Positions 20,065 through 29,762 of a DNA stretch of 64,000 nucleotides are shown piece after piece (positions within the stretch are counted from its first letter, which is position 1; each line of letters opens with the position of its first letter). The DNA comes from an uncultured Acidimicrobiales bacterium (lineage in GTDB: Bacteria; Actinomycetota; Acidimicrobiia; Acidimicrobiales; CAWCAL01). The position numbers and the translations under genes are program-made. Below the pieces are notes generated by a model. That model was not told the origin of the DNA. It made no database searches and saw nothing but the letters and a program-made list of their open reading frames with translations. The stretch spans positions 1,312,925 to 1,376,924 of the forward strand of contig CAVOFR010000007.1 in assembly GCA_963695075.1 (NCBI GenBank). The letters are read 5' to 3'.

Positions 20065-21560
20065 GCCCGACCCGCGACCCGAGCGAGCCGGCAACGGTCG
20101 GCCCGCTGGATCGGACCGAACGTCGGGTCCTCGTCGGCCTCGGCACCGTCGCACTTCTGACCGCCGCGGTCGGAATCGGGGCCAAGAGCTTCTGGTTCGA
20201 CGAGGGCTACAGCGCGGAGTTGGCCCGCCGACCGGGCGGGGAATGGTGGGGACTGGTCTGGTCCCAGGAAGGCGGGGCGGTCCTCCACGCGCTCGTTCTG
20301 AAGCCCTGGTCGATGGTGTCCGACAGCGATGCGTGGCTCCGGTTCCTTTCGGTCCCCTTCTCGGTGGGGCTGGTGGTGTTGACCTACTTCGTCGGGCGGA
20401 GGGTGATCGGCCGGTCCGCCTGGGCCGCAGCCCTGGCGTTGGCCGTCAACGGCGCGTTCGTGCAGTACGCGCAGGAGGCACGGTCGTACGCTCTCGCGTC
20501 GTGTCTGGTGCTCGGTTCGACACTCGCGTTCCTGAGAGCGGTCGAGGAACCGAGCCGACGACGTCTCGTCGCCTATGCGCTGCTCGCCGCCGCCTGCCCA
20601 CTCGGGCACCTGTACACGGCTCCGTTCGTGGTGGCGCAGGGCCTCACGCTCCTCGTGTTCGGCGGTCGATCACGACCCTGGGGCCGCTGGATCGCGACCG
20701 GAGTCTCGATCGGCCTGGCATGGATGAGCCTCCTCGTGGCGGTGTTGCTCGCCGGCTCGGGCGATGCCCAGCCGGTCGACGAACCGGGAGACGGTGTGAG
20801 CACTCTGGCCTTCGTGCCGCGTCAGTTCCTGGCCCCGTCCCGGATACTCGGATGGATCCTCCTCGTCCTGGTCGGGCTGTGGGTGGCCCGGGTCGTGGGA
20901 ATGCTCGTTCGTAGGGGTGGATCGGACTCGGGGATCGTCCAGGTCCTCCCGCCGGCCATGGTGGCCGTGCCACTCCTGACAGGGCTGGTGATGCCGCAGA
21001 TCGACCTGGACACGAGCCGGTACTTCCTTCCGGTTCTGCCGTTCCTCCTGATCATGGCGGTGGGCACCGTGGCGTCGGTCTCGGATCGACGCCTGGCAAT
21101 CGCCGGAATGGTGGCGGTCGTGGCGATCTCGATGACCGGCTTGGTGCACTGGCACGCCCGGGTCGAGAAGATGGACGCGCGCACGTGGACAGACCTGCTG
21201 GCGGATGGAGTCGAGACCGGTGATCGGGTCCTGTTCGACGACACGTACGGCCGGATAGTCACCGAGCACTACCTCCACCAGGGTGACACGGACCTGAGCC
21301 GGGCCGAGCCCCTTCGTCCCTCCGAACCGTTCGGGAGCTACTTCTGGGATCCATCCCGCGACGGGATCGGCGACTGCATCCTCGACGAGCTGGATCTGGA
21401 CCGGGCCGTCTCGGTTCCGGGGAGGACCTGGATCGTCCTCGCCGTTCCCGAAGACTGCTGGTCGACGGAACGGGTGTTGGACACGATAGACAGCACGGGA
21501 AGGGCAGTCCTGGGCCGGACCGATCTCGACGGACCGGCCACTCTGCTCCTCGTTGGATGA
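20061..21560 (+). CDS. GT-C fold membrane glycosyltransferase (GT39/GT83, PMT/ArnT-like)
   Basis: SFWFDEGYS, YAQEARSYAL, about 11-12 TM segments, C-terminal extracytoplasmic domain. Confidence 0.8.
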   Translation: MSPTRDPSEPATVGPLDRTERRVLVGLGTVALLTAAVGIGAKSFWFDEGYSAELARRPGGEWWGLVWSQEGGAVLHALVLKPWSMVSDSDAWLRFLSVPFSVGLVVLTYFVGRRVIGRSAWAAALALAVNGAFVQYAQEARSYALASCLVLGSTLAFLRAVEEPSRRRLVAYALLAAACPLGHLYTAPFVVAQGLTLLVFGGRSRPWGRWIATGVSIGLAWMSLLVAVLLAGSGDAQPVDEPGDGVSTLAFVPRQFLAPSRILGWILLVLVGLWVARVVGMLVRRGGSDSGIVQVLPPAMVAVPLLTGLVMPQIDLDTSRYFLPVLPFLLIMAVGTVASVSDRRLAIAGMVAVVAISMTGLVHWHARVEKMDARTWTDLLADGVETGDRVLFDDTYGRIVTEHYLHQGDTDLSRAEPLRPSEPFGSYFWDPSRDGIGDCILDELDLDRAVSVPGRTWIVLAVPEDCWSTERVLDTIDSTGRAVLGRTDLDGPATLLLVG

Positions 21561-21585
21561 CCCGAGCGCACAGGGGACGAGCGCC

Positions 21586-22608
21586 GTGCAGTACACCAGG
21601 TTGGGCTCGACCGGTATGGAGGTCTCGCGGCTGTGCCTCGGGTGCATGAGCTACGGCTCGCCCGAGTGGCGGCCCTGGGTGCTCGACCGCGATGGGGCCG
21701 AGCCCTTCTTCCGCCGTGCCGTAGAGGCCGGCATCAACTTCTTCGACACCGCCGACATGTACTCGAACGGCATCAGCGAGGAGGTGACCGGACACTGGCT
21801 GCGCGAGCTCACCGCCCGGGACGAGATCGTCGTCGCCACCAAGGTGTTCTTCCCGATGTCGGATCGCCCCAATTCGGGCGGCCTGTCCCGCAAGCACATC
21901 CAGCAGGCGTGCGAGGCCAGCCTGCGCAGGCTCGACGTGGACGTGATCGACCTCTATCAGTTGCACCGGCTCGATCCGAACACGCCCCTCGAGGAGACCC
22001 TGGCGGCGCTGGACCAACTGGTTCAGTCCGGGAAGGTGCGCCACATCGGCGTGAGCTCCTCGTTCGCATGGGAGGTGATGCGGGCGCTGGCGATCTCGGA
22101 TCGCAACGGGTGGGCCCGCTTCGTCTCGATGCAGAACCACTACAACCTGATCTATCGCGAGGAGGAGCGCGAGATGATCCCGCTGTGCGAGACCGAAGGC
22201 CTGTCCTGCATCCCGTGGTCACCGTTGGCGCGCGGCATGCTGGCCGCCACCAGGTCCGAGCTCGGTGACGAATCCACGACCCGATCGGCGACCGACGGAC
22301 TCGACCAGATCCTCTATGACGAGCCGTCCGACTGGGACGTCGTCGAGGCGGTGAAGGCCGTGGCCGCCGAGCGGGGCGACAAGCCGGCCCAGGTCGCGCT
22401 GGCGTGGCTGATGAACCGCCCGACGGTGGCTGCGCCGATCGTCGGCGCCACGAAGCCGACCCACCTCGACGACGCCATCGCCGCGGTCGACATCGACCTG
22501 TCCGCCGAGGAGATCGTGCTCCTCGAGGCGCCCTATAGGCCCCACGGGGTCAAGGGAATCTGGGGGTCGGCCGTGCACGAGCAGGTCACGGGGCACACGC
22601 CGTCGTGA
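21586..22608 (+). CDS. Aldo/keto reductase
   Basis: SRLCLGCM, FFDTADMY, VATK, DLYQLH, PWSPLARG, PIVGATK (D/Y/K/H tetrad). Alternative start 21553. Confidence 0.92.
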   Translation: MQYTRLGSTGMEVSRLCLGCMSYGSPEWRPWVLDRDGAEPFFRRAVEAGINFFDTADMYSNGISEEVTGHWLRELTARDEIVVATKVFFPMSDRPNSGGLSRKHIQQACEASLRRLDVDVIDLYQLHRLDPNTPLEETLAALDQLVQSGKVRHIGVSSSFAWEVMRALAISDRNGWARFVSMQNHYNLIYREEEREMIPLCETEGLSCIPWSPLARGMLAATRSELGDESTTRSATDGLDQILYDEPSDWDVVEAVKAVAAERGDKPAQVALAWLMNRPTVAAPIVGATKPTHLDDAIAAVDIDLSAEEIVLLEAPYRPHGVKGIWGSAVHEQVTGHTPS

Positions 22609-22838
22609 GGGTGTGGATCGACCAGGATCTGTGCACCGGTGACGGGATATGCACCGACCACAGCCCCGAGGTGTTCGTGATGCTCGAGGACGGGATCGCC
22701 TATGTCCAGCAGGACGGTCGGGTTCTCAACGACCCGGGCGGCGCTCGCGGGATGGCCGAGGTCTCCCCGGAACACCAGCGCGAGGTCGTCCGCTCCTCCT
22801 CGGACTGCCCCGGCGAGTGCATCTTCGTCGAGGAGTGA
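22605..22838 (+). CDS. Single-cluster ferredoxin (CxxDxxC...CP)
   Basis: DLCTGDGIC...PEVF...DCPGECI. GTGA overlap with the AKR gene. Confidence 0.88.
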   Translation: MRVWIDQDLCTGDGICTDHSPEVFVMLEDGIAYVQQDGRVLNDPGGARGMAEVSPEHQREVVRSSSDCPGECIFVEE

Positions 22839-22969
22839 GCAGACGAGCGGACGGGGTGACTGCCGTCGCACCGTGTTCCCCGGCACGGACGGACCACACC
22901 TGGTGGGTCATGGTCACGGCGTTGGGCTCGGTGCACTGTGCGCCGGGACGGGATGGAGGAGTGACCATC

Positions 22970-23581
22970 ATGGGTGGAAAGACCAGAATGTTGAGCTTGG
23001 CGGCGATCGTGCTGTTCGCCGGGGCGTTGGTGGCGTGTACACCTTCGCCCCCGGTCGGGTGCTACGACTCCGACACGTGGGTGGACCTGAGGTTCGACGG
23101 GCCTCCCAACACGGCAGGCAATGCGACCGTGTTCAGCAGCCAGGACGGCAGCTGTACCGGGGCTTCGGTGGCGCAGACGGTCGTGACCGGCAACCTCAAC
23201 GCCGCCTATGCGACGTGCCAGGGGTTGGGCGGCGTGCTCTCGCCGGTGGAGATGTCGACGTTCTGGCCGACCATGCCGGCCGGGAACTACCCCTGCGACG
23301 CACCGATCGGCGTGACCTTCCCGGCGGTGGGATGCCACCAGGGCACGGGTGGAGTGTATGACGCGAGCTATGAGGGTCCGCCCAACGCCGTGGACAACGT
23401 GACGGCGTACTTCTCCGCGGATGGGACCTGCCAGGGCGTAGTGGTCCAAGGCACGCTCGTGACCGGGTCGGATGCGTTCGACGCCGATACTCGCTGCCAG
23501 AACCTTGGTGGGACGCTCGGCCTCGAGGTGAATACGGCATACCCCACGATCCCACTCGGCACCTACGCCTGCTACATGTAG
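22970..23581 (+). CDS. Lipoprotein of unknown function with two tandem ~85-aa four-Cys domains
   Basis: SD GGAGGAG, signal peptide with lipobox LVAC, internal duplication (VGC, GPPN, SxDGxCxG, VTG, CQxLGG, PTxPxGxYxC). Confidence 0.75.
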   Translation: MGGKTRMLSLAAIVLFAGALVACTPSPPVGCYDSDTWVDLRFDGPPNTAGNATVFSSQDGSCTGASVAQTVVTGNLNAAYATCQGLGGVLSPVEMSTFWPTMPAGNYPCDAPIGVTFPAVGCHQGTGGVYDASYEGPPNAVDNVTAYFSADGTCQGVVVQGTLVTGSDAFDADTRCQNLGGTLGLEVNTAYPTIPLGTYACYM

Positions 23582-23614
23582 CGGGGCGGGGGTCGCGCCT
23601 GACCCTCAAGTGAT

Positions 23615-23656
23615 CCTGCGGCCTCAGAGCCCACATCCGGGTTCTGAGGCCGCAGG
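23615..23656. terminator. 18-bp hairpin between convergent genes (bidirectional terminator/REP-like)
   Basis: CCTGCGGCCTCAGAGCCC-acatcc-GGGTTCTGAGGCCGCAGG (one G-T pair). Confidence 0.7.
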
Positions 23657-23663
23657 TCCGCCG

Positions 23664-24746
23664 CTACAGGACGTCGGTGGCCTTGTGGCGGAGCCAGTGG
23701 TCGGCCAGGACGAGTAGCACCATGGCCTCGACCATCGGGACGGCGCGGGGCAGGACGCACGGGTCGTGGCGGCCCTTGGCGGCGAGCTCCACCGGATTGC
23801 CGTCCCGGTCGACGGTCTTCTGGGCCTGCGCCAGCGTGGCGGTCGGTTTGAAGGCGACGCGTACCACGACGTCGCTGCCGTTGCTGATCCCGCCCTGCAC
23901 GCCGCCCGAGTGGTTCGTGGTGGTCGTGGGGTTCGGGTCACCAGGGACGAACGGGTCGTTGTGTTCCATGCCGGTCATGCGGGTGCCGGCGAACCCACTG
24001 CCCACCTCGACGCCCTTCGCGGCGGGAAGGGACACCAGAGCACCGGCCAGCGACGCGTCGAGCTTGTCGAAGACCGGTTCGCCCAGCCCCGCCGGCACGC
24101 CGCGAGCGACACAGGTGACCACGCCGCCGAGCGAGTCCCCGTCCCGGCGAGCCTGATCGATCGCCGCCTCGATCCGCCCCGCCGCCTCGCGGTCGGGGCA
24201 GCGGGTCGGGCCGGCTTCGACGTCGGCCAGGGTGACCGAGGCGGCGTCGACCGCGGCGTCGATGTCGTGGACCGACGACACCCAGCCCAGGACCTCGATT
24301 CCTTCGGTGGCCGCGAGCAGCTTGCGAGCGACCGCGGCAGCGGCGACCCGACCGACGGTCTCGCGGGCACTGGCCCGTCCGCCGCCCTGCCAGTTGCGGA
24401 TGCCGTACTTGGCCTCGGTGGTGAAGTCGGCATGGCTGGGTCGGTAGACGTCGCGCAGGTCGTCGTAGGCCCCGGACCGGGCGTCCTGGTTGCGCACCAG
24501 CATGGCGATGGGGGTGCCGAGCGTGCGTCCCTCGAACACGCCGGAGAGGATCTCGACCCGGTCGTCCTCGTCCCGCTGGGTGACCAGCCGCGACTGGCCG
24601 GGCCGGCGCCGGTCGAGGTCGGCCTGGATCTCGTCGGTCGAGATCTCGAGCCGGGGTGGACACCCGTCGAGCACGACGCCGATACCCCCGCCGTGCGATT
24701 CGCCGAACGTGGCGATGCGGAATCGCTCTCCGAAGCTGCTGGTCAC
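23664..24746 (-). CDS. aroC: Chorismate synthase
   Basis: [56 protein letters not shown]. -10-like TACCGT 7 nt before GTG 24746. Confidence 0.96.
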   Translation of the reverse strand: MTSSFGERFRIATFGESHGGGIGVVLDGCPPRLEISTDEIQADLDRRRPGQSRLVTQRDEDDRVEILSGVFEGRTLGTPIAMLVRNQDARSGAYDDLRDVYRPSHADFTTEAKYGIRNWQGGGRASARETVGRVAAAAVARKLLAATEGIEVLGWVSSVHDIDAAVDAASVTLADVEAGPTRCPDREAAGRIEAAIDQARRDGDSLGGVVTCVARGVPAGLGEPVFDKLDASLAGALVSLPAAKGVEVGSGFAGTRMTGMEHNDPFVPGDPNPTTTTNHSGGVQGGISNGSDVVVRVAFKPTATLAQAQKTVDRDGNPVELAAKGRHDPCVLPRAVPMVEAMVLLVLADHWLRHKATDVL

Positions 24747-24833
24747 GTCAGCCACGGTAGCGAGCATGGTGGCCTCGACCCGCGTTCTTCGCGCCGGTTC
24801 AGGTCCGGTCCGGGTCGCGGCCAGACTGGGACC

Positions 24834-26081
24834 ATGCGAGTCGGCGAGACCATCCCCCCTTCCGAACCCGACGCCGGCCGGCCACTGGAGGGCATACGGG
24901 TGCTCGCCGCCGAGCAGATGGCGGCGCTGCCGTTCGCCACCCAGCTGCTGGCCCGCCTGGGTGCCGAGGTCGTCAAGATCGAGCACCCGACCCACGGCGA
25001 GAGCGGTCGAGGCGCCACACCCGGCGTGATCGACCCAGAGGGCCGTCACGTCGGAGCGACGTTCCTCCGGAACAATCTGAACAAGCGCAGCGTCGGGCTG
25101 GACCTGAAGTCGCCTCGGGGCCGTGATCTCTTCCTGCAGCTCGCCGCCCGGTTCGACGTCGTGTGCGAGAACTTCCGGGCCGGTACCGCCGATCGGCTCG
25201 GCATCGGCTACCAGCATGTGAAGGCGGTGCATCCGGAGGTGGTGTACCTCTCGGTGTCGGGCTTCGGGAACGACCCCGCATCGCCGTACATGGACTGGGC
25301 GGCCTACGCCGCCATCGTCGAGGCCATGTCGGGCATCTACGAGTACAAGCGGGCGCCGGGTCGCCCCCCGGCCGCCAATCCCGTCGGTGCGCTGGGTGAC
25401 ATCAGCTCGGCCCTGTTCGGCGTGATCGGTGTGCTGTCGGCGCTGCGTCAGCGCGATCGCACCGGCCGAGGCCAGTACGTGGACGTCGCGATGCTCGACG
25501 CCACGGTGGCCATGACCGACATCGTCACCAACTTCTACTCGATGGGCATTCCGAGCGAGGTCCAGGCCGGCGTGGGCATCGTCGAGACCTTCGCGGCCAA
25601 GGACGGTCACTTCGTGCTGCAAGTCGTGCGCGAGCACCACTTCGCAGCCATGGCCGAGGTGGTCGGTCACGCCGAGTGGCTCGAGGACGAGCGGCTGGCG
25701 AGCCGAGCGGGGTGGCTCGCACATCTGGAGGACGTTCTCCGTCCCGGCATCGAGGGGTGGGCGAGGGACCGCACACCCCTCCAGGCGGTCGAGGCATTCG
25801 CGGCGCGGGGTGTGGCTGCGGGCCCCTCCCAGACGAGTGAGCAGATCGTCGAGGACGAACACCTCGCCGTCCGCCACATGCTGGTGGAGCTCCCGCGACC
25901 CGACGGTGTGGACGAACCCGTGCTGATCCCCGGCAACCCCATCAAGCTGTCGGCGACGGCCGAAGGACCCGAGACCCGTCCACCGTGGCTGGGGGAGCAC
26001 ACCGAGGCCGTGCTCTCCGACGAACTGGCTCTCGATTCCGATGCTCTCGCGCAGCTCCGCGGCGACGGGGTGATCGGCTGA
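24834..26081 (+). CDS. CaiB/BaiF family III CoA-transferase
   Basis: [49 protein letters not shown]. Confidence 0.9.
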   Translation: MRVGETIPPSEPDAGRPLEGIRVLAAEQMAALPFATQLLARLGAEVVKIEHPTHGESGRGATPGVIDPEGRHVGATFLRNNLNKRSVGLDLKSPRGRDLFLQLAARFDVVCENFRAGTADRLGIGYQHVKAVHPEVVYLSVSGFGNDPASPYMDWAAYAAIVEAMSGIYEYKRAPGRPPAANPVGALGDISSALFGVIGVLSALRQRDRTGRGQYVDVAMLDATVAMTDIVTNFYSMGIPSEVQAGVGIVETFAAKDGHFVLQVVREHHFAAMAEVVGHAEWLEDERLASRAGWLAHLEDVLRPGIEGWARDRTPLQAVEAFAARGVAAGPSQTSEQIVEDEHLAVRHMLVELPRPDGVDEPVLIPGNPIKLSATAEGPETRPPWLGEHTEAVLSDELALDSDALAQLRGDGVIG

Positions 26082-26086
26082 GACGG

Positions 26087-26103
26087 CCGACGCCTTGCGT
26101 CGG
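26087..26103 (+). terminator. Short GC hairpin after the CoA-transferase gene
   Basis: CCGACGC-ctt-GCGTCGG, 5 nt after the stop codon. Confidence 0.4.
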
Positions 26104-26144
26104 TTCGGGCCACGAATGGGGCGACCTGGCGAGACCGTCCTAGG

Positions 26145-26163
26145 ATCTGACGACCCGTCAGAT
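26145..26163. promoter_or_regulatory. Palindromic operator, copy 1 (ATCTGACG-ACC-CGTCAGAT)
   Basis: Perfect 8-bp arms. Overlaps -10-like TAGGAT (26141-26146). Ends 23 nt before ATG 26187. Confidence 0.85.
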
Positions 26164-26186
26164 TCAGCGCCACCCGGAGCAGGTCC

Positions 26187-27410
26187 ATGGATTTCGAGTT
26201 CTCACCAGAGCAGAAGGCGTTCGAGGCGGAGGTCATCGAGTTCCTCGACGCGAACGACGATCCGGACGTCTTCGACGTCACCAGGGAGAACATGGCCCAG
26301 ATCGTCGACACGCCCAAACGGCGCGCGTTCATGAAGAGCCTCGGCCACAAGGGTTGGCTCGGGATGACATGGCCGAAGGAGTACGGCGGGAGCGAGGGCG
26401 AGGGCGTCTACGAGTACATCCTCAACGAGAACCTCGCCGGCCGGGGCGGACCCCAGATCGGCAAGGGCGTGGGCATCATCGGCAAGACGCTGATCGCGCA
26501 CGGTCCCGAGAACCTGCGGCAGGAGTTCCTGCCCAAGATCCTGGAGAACGACGTCGAGTTCGCCGTGGGCTACAGCGAGCCCGACGCCGGGTCCGACGCC
26601 GCCGCCATGCGGCTGAAGGCGGTCCGCCACACCGACGACGACGGCACGGAGGGCTGGATGCTCAACGGGCAGAAGACCTGGACCACCTCGGCCCACTTCG
26701 CCGAGTGGTACTGGGTGGGAGCCAGGACCGACCCCGACAACAAGCACGTGGGGATCACCCTGATGCTCGTGCCCCTCGATCACCCCGGCATCACCATCAA
26801 CGGCATCTGGACGATGGGCGACGAGCGCACCAACGACGTGTTCTTCGACGACGTGTTCGTCCCCGACGCCTACGTGGTGGGCGAGGTCAACCACGGGTTC
26901 CGCTACATCAGCCAGGCGCTCGACCTCGAGCGGTTCACCATGTTCACCTATGCGCCCATCAAGCAGCGCCTGGATCTGTTGACCGAGTACGTCCGGACCA
27001 CCGAACGGGACGGCAAGCCGCTGGCCGACGACCCGGTGATCCGCCGGCGGATGGCCCACCTCCACACCGATGCCGAGGTGGCCCGCGTGATGGGGCTGAA
27101 GTTCGTGGCCGAAGCGGTCAAGGTCGAGGCGGCCGTTCGGGAGGGCAGGGAGGGATTCCAGCCACCGACCGTACCGGCCTCGGAGTACAAGCTCTTCGCC
27201 ACCGAGCTGTCGAAGCGCCTGGCCGATGCGGCCATGGACATCGGCGGTCCGGGCAGCCAGCTGCGGGTCAAGACCCCCGATGCTCCGATGGAGGGCCGTT
27301 CCGAATCCACCTACCGCTACACGGTGATCGACACGATCGGCGGCGGCGCGTCGGAGATCCAGAAGAACATCATCGCCCGTCGCGGCCTGGGTCTACCGAA
27401 GAACTTCTAG
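26187..27410 (+). CDS. Acyl-CoA dehydrogenase (catalytic alpha-type subunit)
   Basis: [48 protein letters not shown]. Confidence 0.92.
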   Translation: MDFEFSPEQKAFEAEVIEFLDANDDPDVFDVTRENMAQIVDTPKRRAFMKSLGHKGWLGMTWPKEYGGSEGEGVYEYILNENLAGRGGPQIGKGVGIIGKTLIAHGPENLRQEFLPKILENDVEFAVGYSEPDAGSDAAAMRLKAVRHTDDDGTEGWMLNGQKTWTTSAHFAEWYWVGARTDPDNKHVGITLMLVPLDHPGITINGIWTMGDERTNDVFFDDVFVPDAYVVGEVNHGFRYISQALDLERFTMFTYAPIKQRLDLLTEYVRTTERDGKPLADDPVIRRRMAHLHTDAEVARVMGLKFVAEAVKVEAAVREGREGFQPPTVPASEYKLFATELSKRLADAAMDIGGPGSQLRVKTPDAPMEGRSESTYRYTVIDTIGGGASEIQKNIIARRGLGLPKNF

Positions 27411-27414
27411 TCCC

Positions 27415-28602
27415 ATGGCTCCCGGACCGGTTCCGACATCCGTACCTGCTCTCGACGGTGTTCGCGTCCTCGACTTCGCGTCGGTGGGACCCGCCGCCCG
27501 GGCCTCGCGCATGCTGGCCGACTACGGCGCGACGGTGGTCAAGATCGGTCCCACCCCCAAGGACGGTGGTGTCCAGATCGTCCCGCCGTTCTATGCGTAC
27601 TCGGGTCACCGGGGAATGCAGCGAGCGTTGATAGATCTCAAAGCCACCGAGGGCAGGGAGGCGTTCCTGCGCATGGCGACGTCGGCGGACGTGATCATCG
27701 AGAGCTTCCGGCCCGGGGTCGTCGACCGGCTGGGCGTCGGTTTCGGGAATGTGAAGGCGGTCAACCCTCGCATCGTCTACTGCAGCACGAGCGGCTACGG
27801 GCAGACCGGCCCCTACCGGGACTGGGCGGCCCACGACGTCAACTACCTCGCCCTCGGCGGGTTCCTCGACTGCACCGGGCGGCGACCGGACGGCAGCCCA
27901 CCGCTTCCGGGTGCGACCGTGGCGGACATCGCGGCGGGTGGCATGCAGGCCACGCTCGCCATCATGGCCGCGCTCCTCCGCCGCGGAAAGACCGGGGAGG
28001 GCGAACATCTCGACGTGTCGATCGCCGACGGTGTCATGGCGATGATGTCGCTCTTCGTGGACGAGTACCTGGCGACGGGCACCGAACCCGGTCCTGGCCA
28101 CTACATCCTCACCGGGCGGTACGCGTGCTACGACGTGTATCGCTGTCGCGACGATCGCTACCTGTCGGTCGGTGCCATCGAGCCGCAGTTCTGGCGAAAC
28201 CTCTGCCTCGCCCTCGACCTCGAGCAGTACGCCGGTCACCAGATGGACGACGATCGCCAGGACGAGATCCGCAGTGCGTTCGCCGACCGTTTCTCCACCC
28301 GCGATCGCGATGCGTGGGCGGCGGAGCTCGGTCCGGCCGACTGTTGTGTGGCGCCTGTTCTCACCGTCGCCGAGGCGGTCGTCGACCCGCACTACGCGGC
28401 GCGAGGGGTGATCGCCGACGCCGTCCACGAGACCGAGGGAGCGTTTCGTCAGGCCGCGCCCATCTGGGCCGGGACCACGCGGCCGCACGGGCCGTACGCG
28501 GTCCGTGACGCCACCGTCACCGACACCGACGAGTTGCTCCGCGACGCCGGGTACGAACCCGCCGCGATCGCGGGGCTGAGGAAGGCAGGAGTGATCGCAT
28601 GA
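27415..28602 (+). CDS. CaiB/BaiF family CoA-transferase / alpha-methylacyl-CoA racemase-like
   Basis: LDGVRVLDFAS, ESFRPGVVDRLG, SGYGQTGP, HDVNYLA, ADIAAG. Confidence 0.9.
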   Translation: MAPGPVPTSVPALDGVRVLDFASVGPAARASRMLADYGATVVKIGPTPKDGGVQIVPPFYAYSGHRGMQRALIDLKATEGREAFLRMATSADVIIESFRPGVVDRLGVGFGNVKAVNPRIVYCSTSGYGQTGPYRDWAAHDVNYLALGGFLDCTGRRPDGSPPLPGATVADIAAGGMQATLAIMAALLRRGKTGEGEHLDVSIADGVMAMMSLFVDEYLATGTEPGPGHYILTGRYACYDVYRCRDDRYLSVGAIEPQFWRNLCLALDLEQYAGHQMDDDRQDEIRSAFADRFSTRDRDAWAAELGPADCCVAPVLTVAEAVVDPHYAARGVIADAVHETEGAFRQAAPIWAGTTRPHGPYAVRDATVTDTDELLRDAGYEPAAIAGLRKAGVIA

Positions 28603-29201
28603 CCGACGTCATCATCGGCGACGGAGTCCCCGACGACATCGCCGCGCTGATCGACCAACCGCAGTACGAGGTCACGGCGACCTTCCCGGTCGAGCTGGGC
28701 TACGGCTTCAACACGCTGGCCGCCACCCGGAACGGGAATCCGTTGTTCTGGGACGAGGCGGTCGCCAGCGACCTCACCGACGGGCTCACCCTTCCGCCTT
28801 CGACCCTTTCCCTGTGGATGCGACCGCACTACTGGGAACCCGGTGCCGAGGGCGAGCAGGTCGCCCTGAAGGTCCACTTCGATCTGAAGGAACGGTTCGA
28901 CCTGCCCGAGGCGGTGATGACCGACAACACGCTGATCTTCCACGAACCGGTCCGCCCCGGCGACGTCATCAGCCATCACCAGGTCCTGCGTTCGGTGAGC
29001 GGCCCGAAGACCACCAAGCTGGGCGCCGGGCGCTTCTGGGTGATCGACATCGAGTACCAGAACCAGGACGGTGCGCTGGTGGGTGTCGAGTCGTACACCG
29101 GATTCGGCTATCGCCGCACCGAGGCCGAAGCGGCGGAGGCCGACCAGGACGGGACCGAGGCCGAAGCGGCGGAGGCCGACCAGGAGAGGACCGAGGCATG
29201 A
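28599..29201 (+). CDS. MaoC/hot-dog dehydratase-like subunit (probably the non-catalytic partner) with a repetitive acidic tail
   Basis: NPLFWDE, FHEPVRPGD. No D-x4-H motif seen. ATGA coupling to the next MaoC gene. Confidence 0.78.
   Translation: MTDVIIGDGVPDDIAALIDQPQYEVTATFPVELGYGFNTLAATRNGNPLFWDEAVASDLTDGLTLPPSTLSLWMRPHYWEPGAEGEQVALKVHFDLKERFDLPEAVMTDNTLIFHEPVRPGDVISHHQVLRSVSGPKTTKLGAGRFWVIDIEYQNQDGALVGVESYTGFGYRRTEAEAAEADQDGTEAEAAEADQERTEA
29118..29197 (+). repeat. In-frame 36-bp tandem repeat, about 2.2 copies (TEAEAAEADQDG / TEAEAAEADQER / TEA)
   Basis: accgaggccgaagcggcggaggccgaccaggacggg at 29118, near-identical copy at 29154, partial copy at 29190. Confidence 0.9.
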
Positions 29202-29674
29202 GCGGACCGCTCACCATCGACCAGGTCGAAGCGGGCGACGAGCTTCCCGAGCTGGCGGTCGACGTGACCGCCACCACGGTTGTGCTCGGCGCGTTGGCCA
29301 GCCGGGACTGGCGTCCGATGCACCACGACTACGAGTTCGCCACCGATCGCAACGGGCTGCAGGACATCTTCCTCAACACGCCGAACCAGGCGGCCTGGAT
29401 CGAGCGGTACCTCACCGACTGGTCCGGACCGACCGGCCGGATCGGGCGCTTGACCTTCCGCATGCGCACCTCGGTGTATCCCGGCGATCGGATGGTGTTC
29501 CGGGCCACCGTGACCGAAGTCTCGACCGATGCCGCTGGGTGTGGCTGGGCCGATCTTGACGTGACCCTGTCGGTGGGCGAGACGGTGGCTACCGGTTGTT
29601 CCGCCCGGATCGCCCTGCCGACCTCTGCCGAAGACCAGCCATGGGCCCGCAAGGGCGACCGATGGACACCCTGA
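29198..29674 (+). CDS. MaoC-family (R)-specific hydratase subunit
   Basis: ASRDWRPMHHD (D-x4-H catalytic dyad), IFLNTP, VYPGD. Confidence 0.85.
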   Translation: MSGPLTIDQVEAGDELPELAVDVTATTVVLGALASRDWRPMHHDYEFATDRNGLQDIFLNTPNQAAWIERYLTDWSGPTGRIGRLTFRMRTSVYPGDRMVFRATVTEVSTDAAGCGWADLDVTLSVGETVATGCSARIALPTSAEDQPWARKGDRWTP

Positions 29675-29690
29675 CCAACGCACCAACCGG

Positions 29691-29741
29691 GAATCTGGGC
29701 AGGCCTGACCACCTCAGCGGTGGAGAATCCTTCACAGATCC
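29691..29741. repeat. 51-nt palindromic intergenic element, copy B (degenerate)
   Basis: GAATCTGGGCAGGC-N23-TCCTTCACAGATCC. 10/14 arm pairs. Inner CCACC-tcagc-GGTGG stem in the same register as copies C and D. Confidence 0.55.
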
Positions 29742-29762
29742 CGAGACGAGAGAGAGATAGCA

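Noticed and set aside
12586-21560. O-antigen or capsule biosynthesis locus
   Set aside because: No Wzx, Wzy, Wzz or ABC exporter, and only one GT2 plus one GT-C. This fits single-sugar transfer better.
22873-22895. GTGTTCCCCGGCACGG as an orphan type I-E CRISPR repeat
   Set aside because: Single copy, lacks the CGGGG return arm, and is explained by a small local hairpin.
23664-26000. 778-aa AroC and 750-aa molybdoenzyme (31803-34055) as N-terminal fusions
   Set aside because: The extensions are antisense to the CoA-transferase and ACAD genes. Family homology begins at 24746 and 33395.
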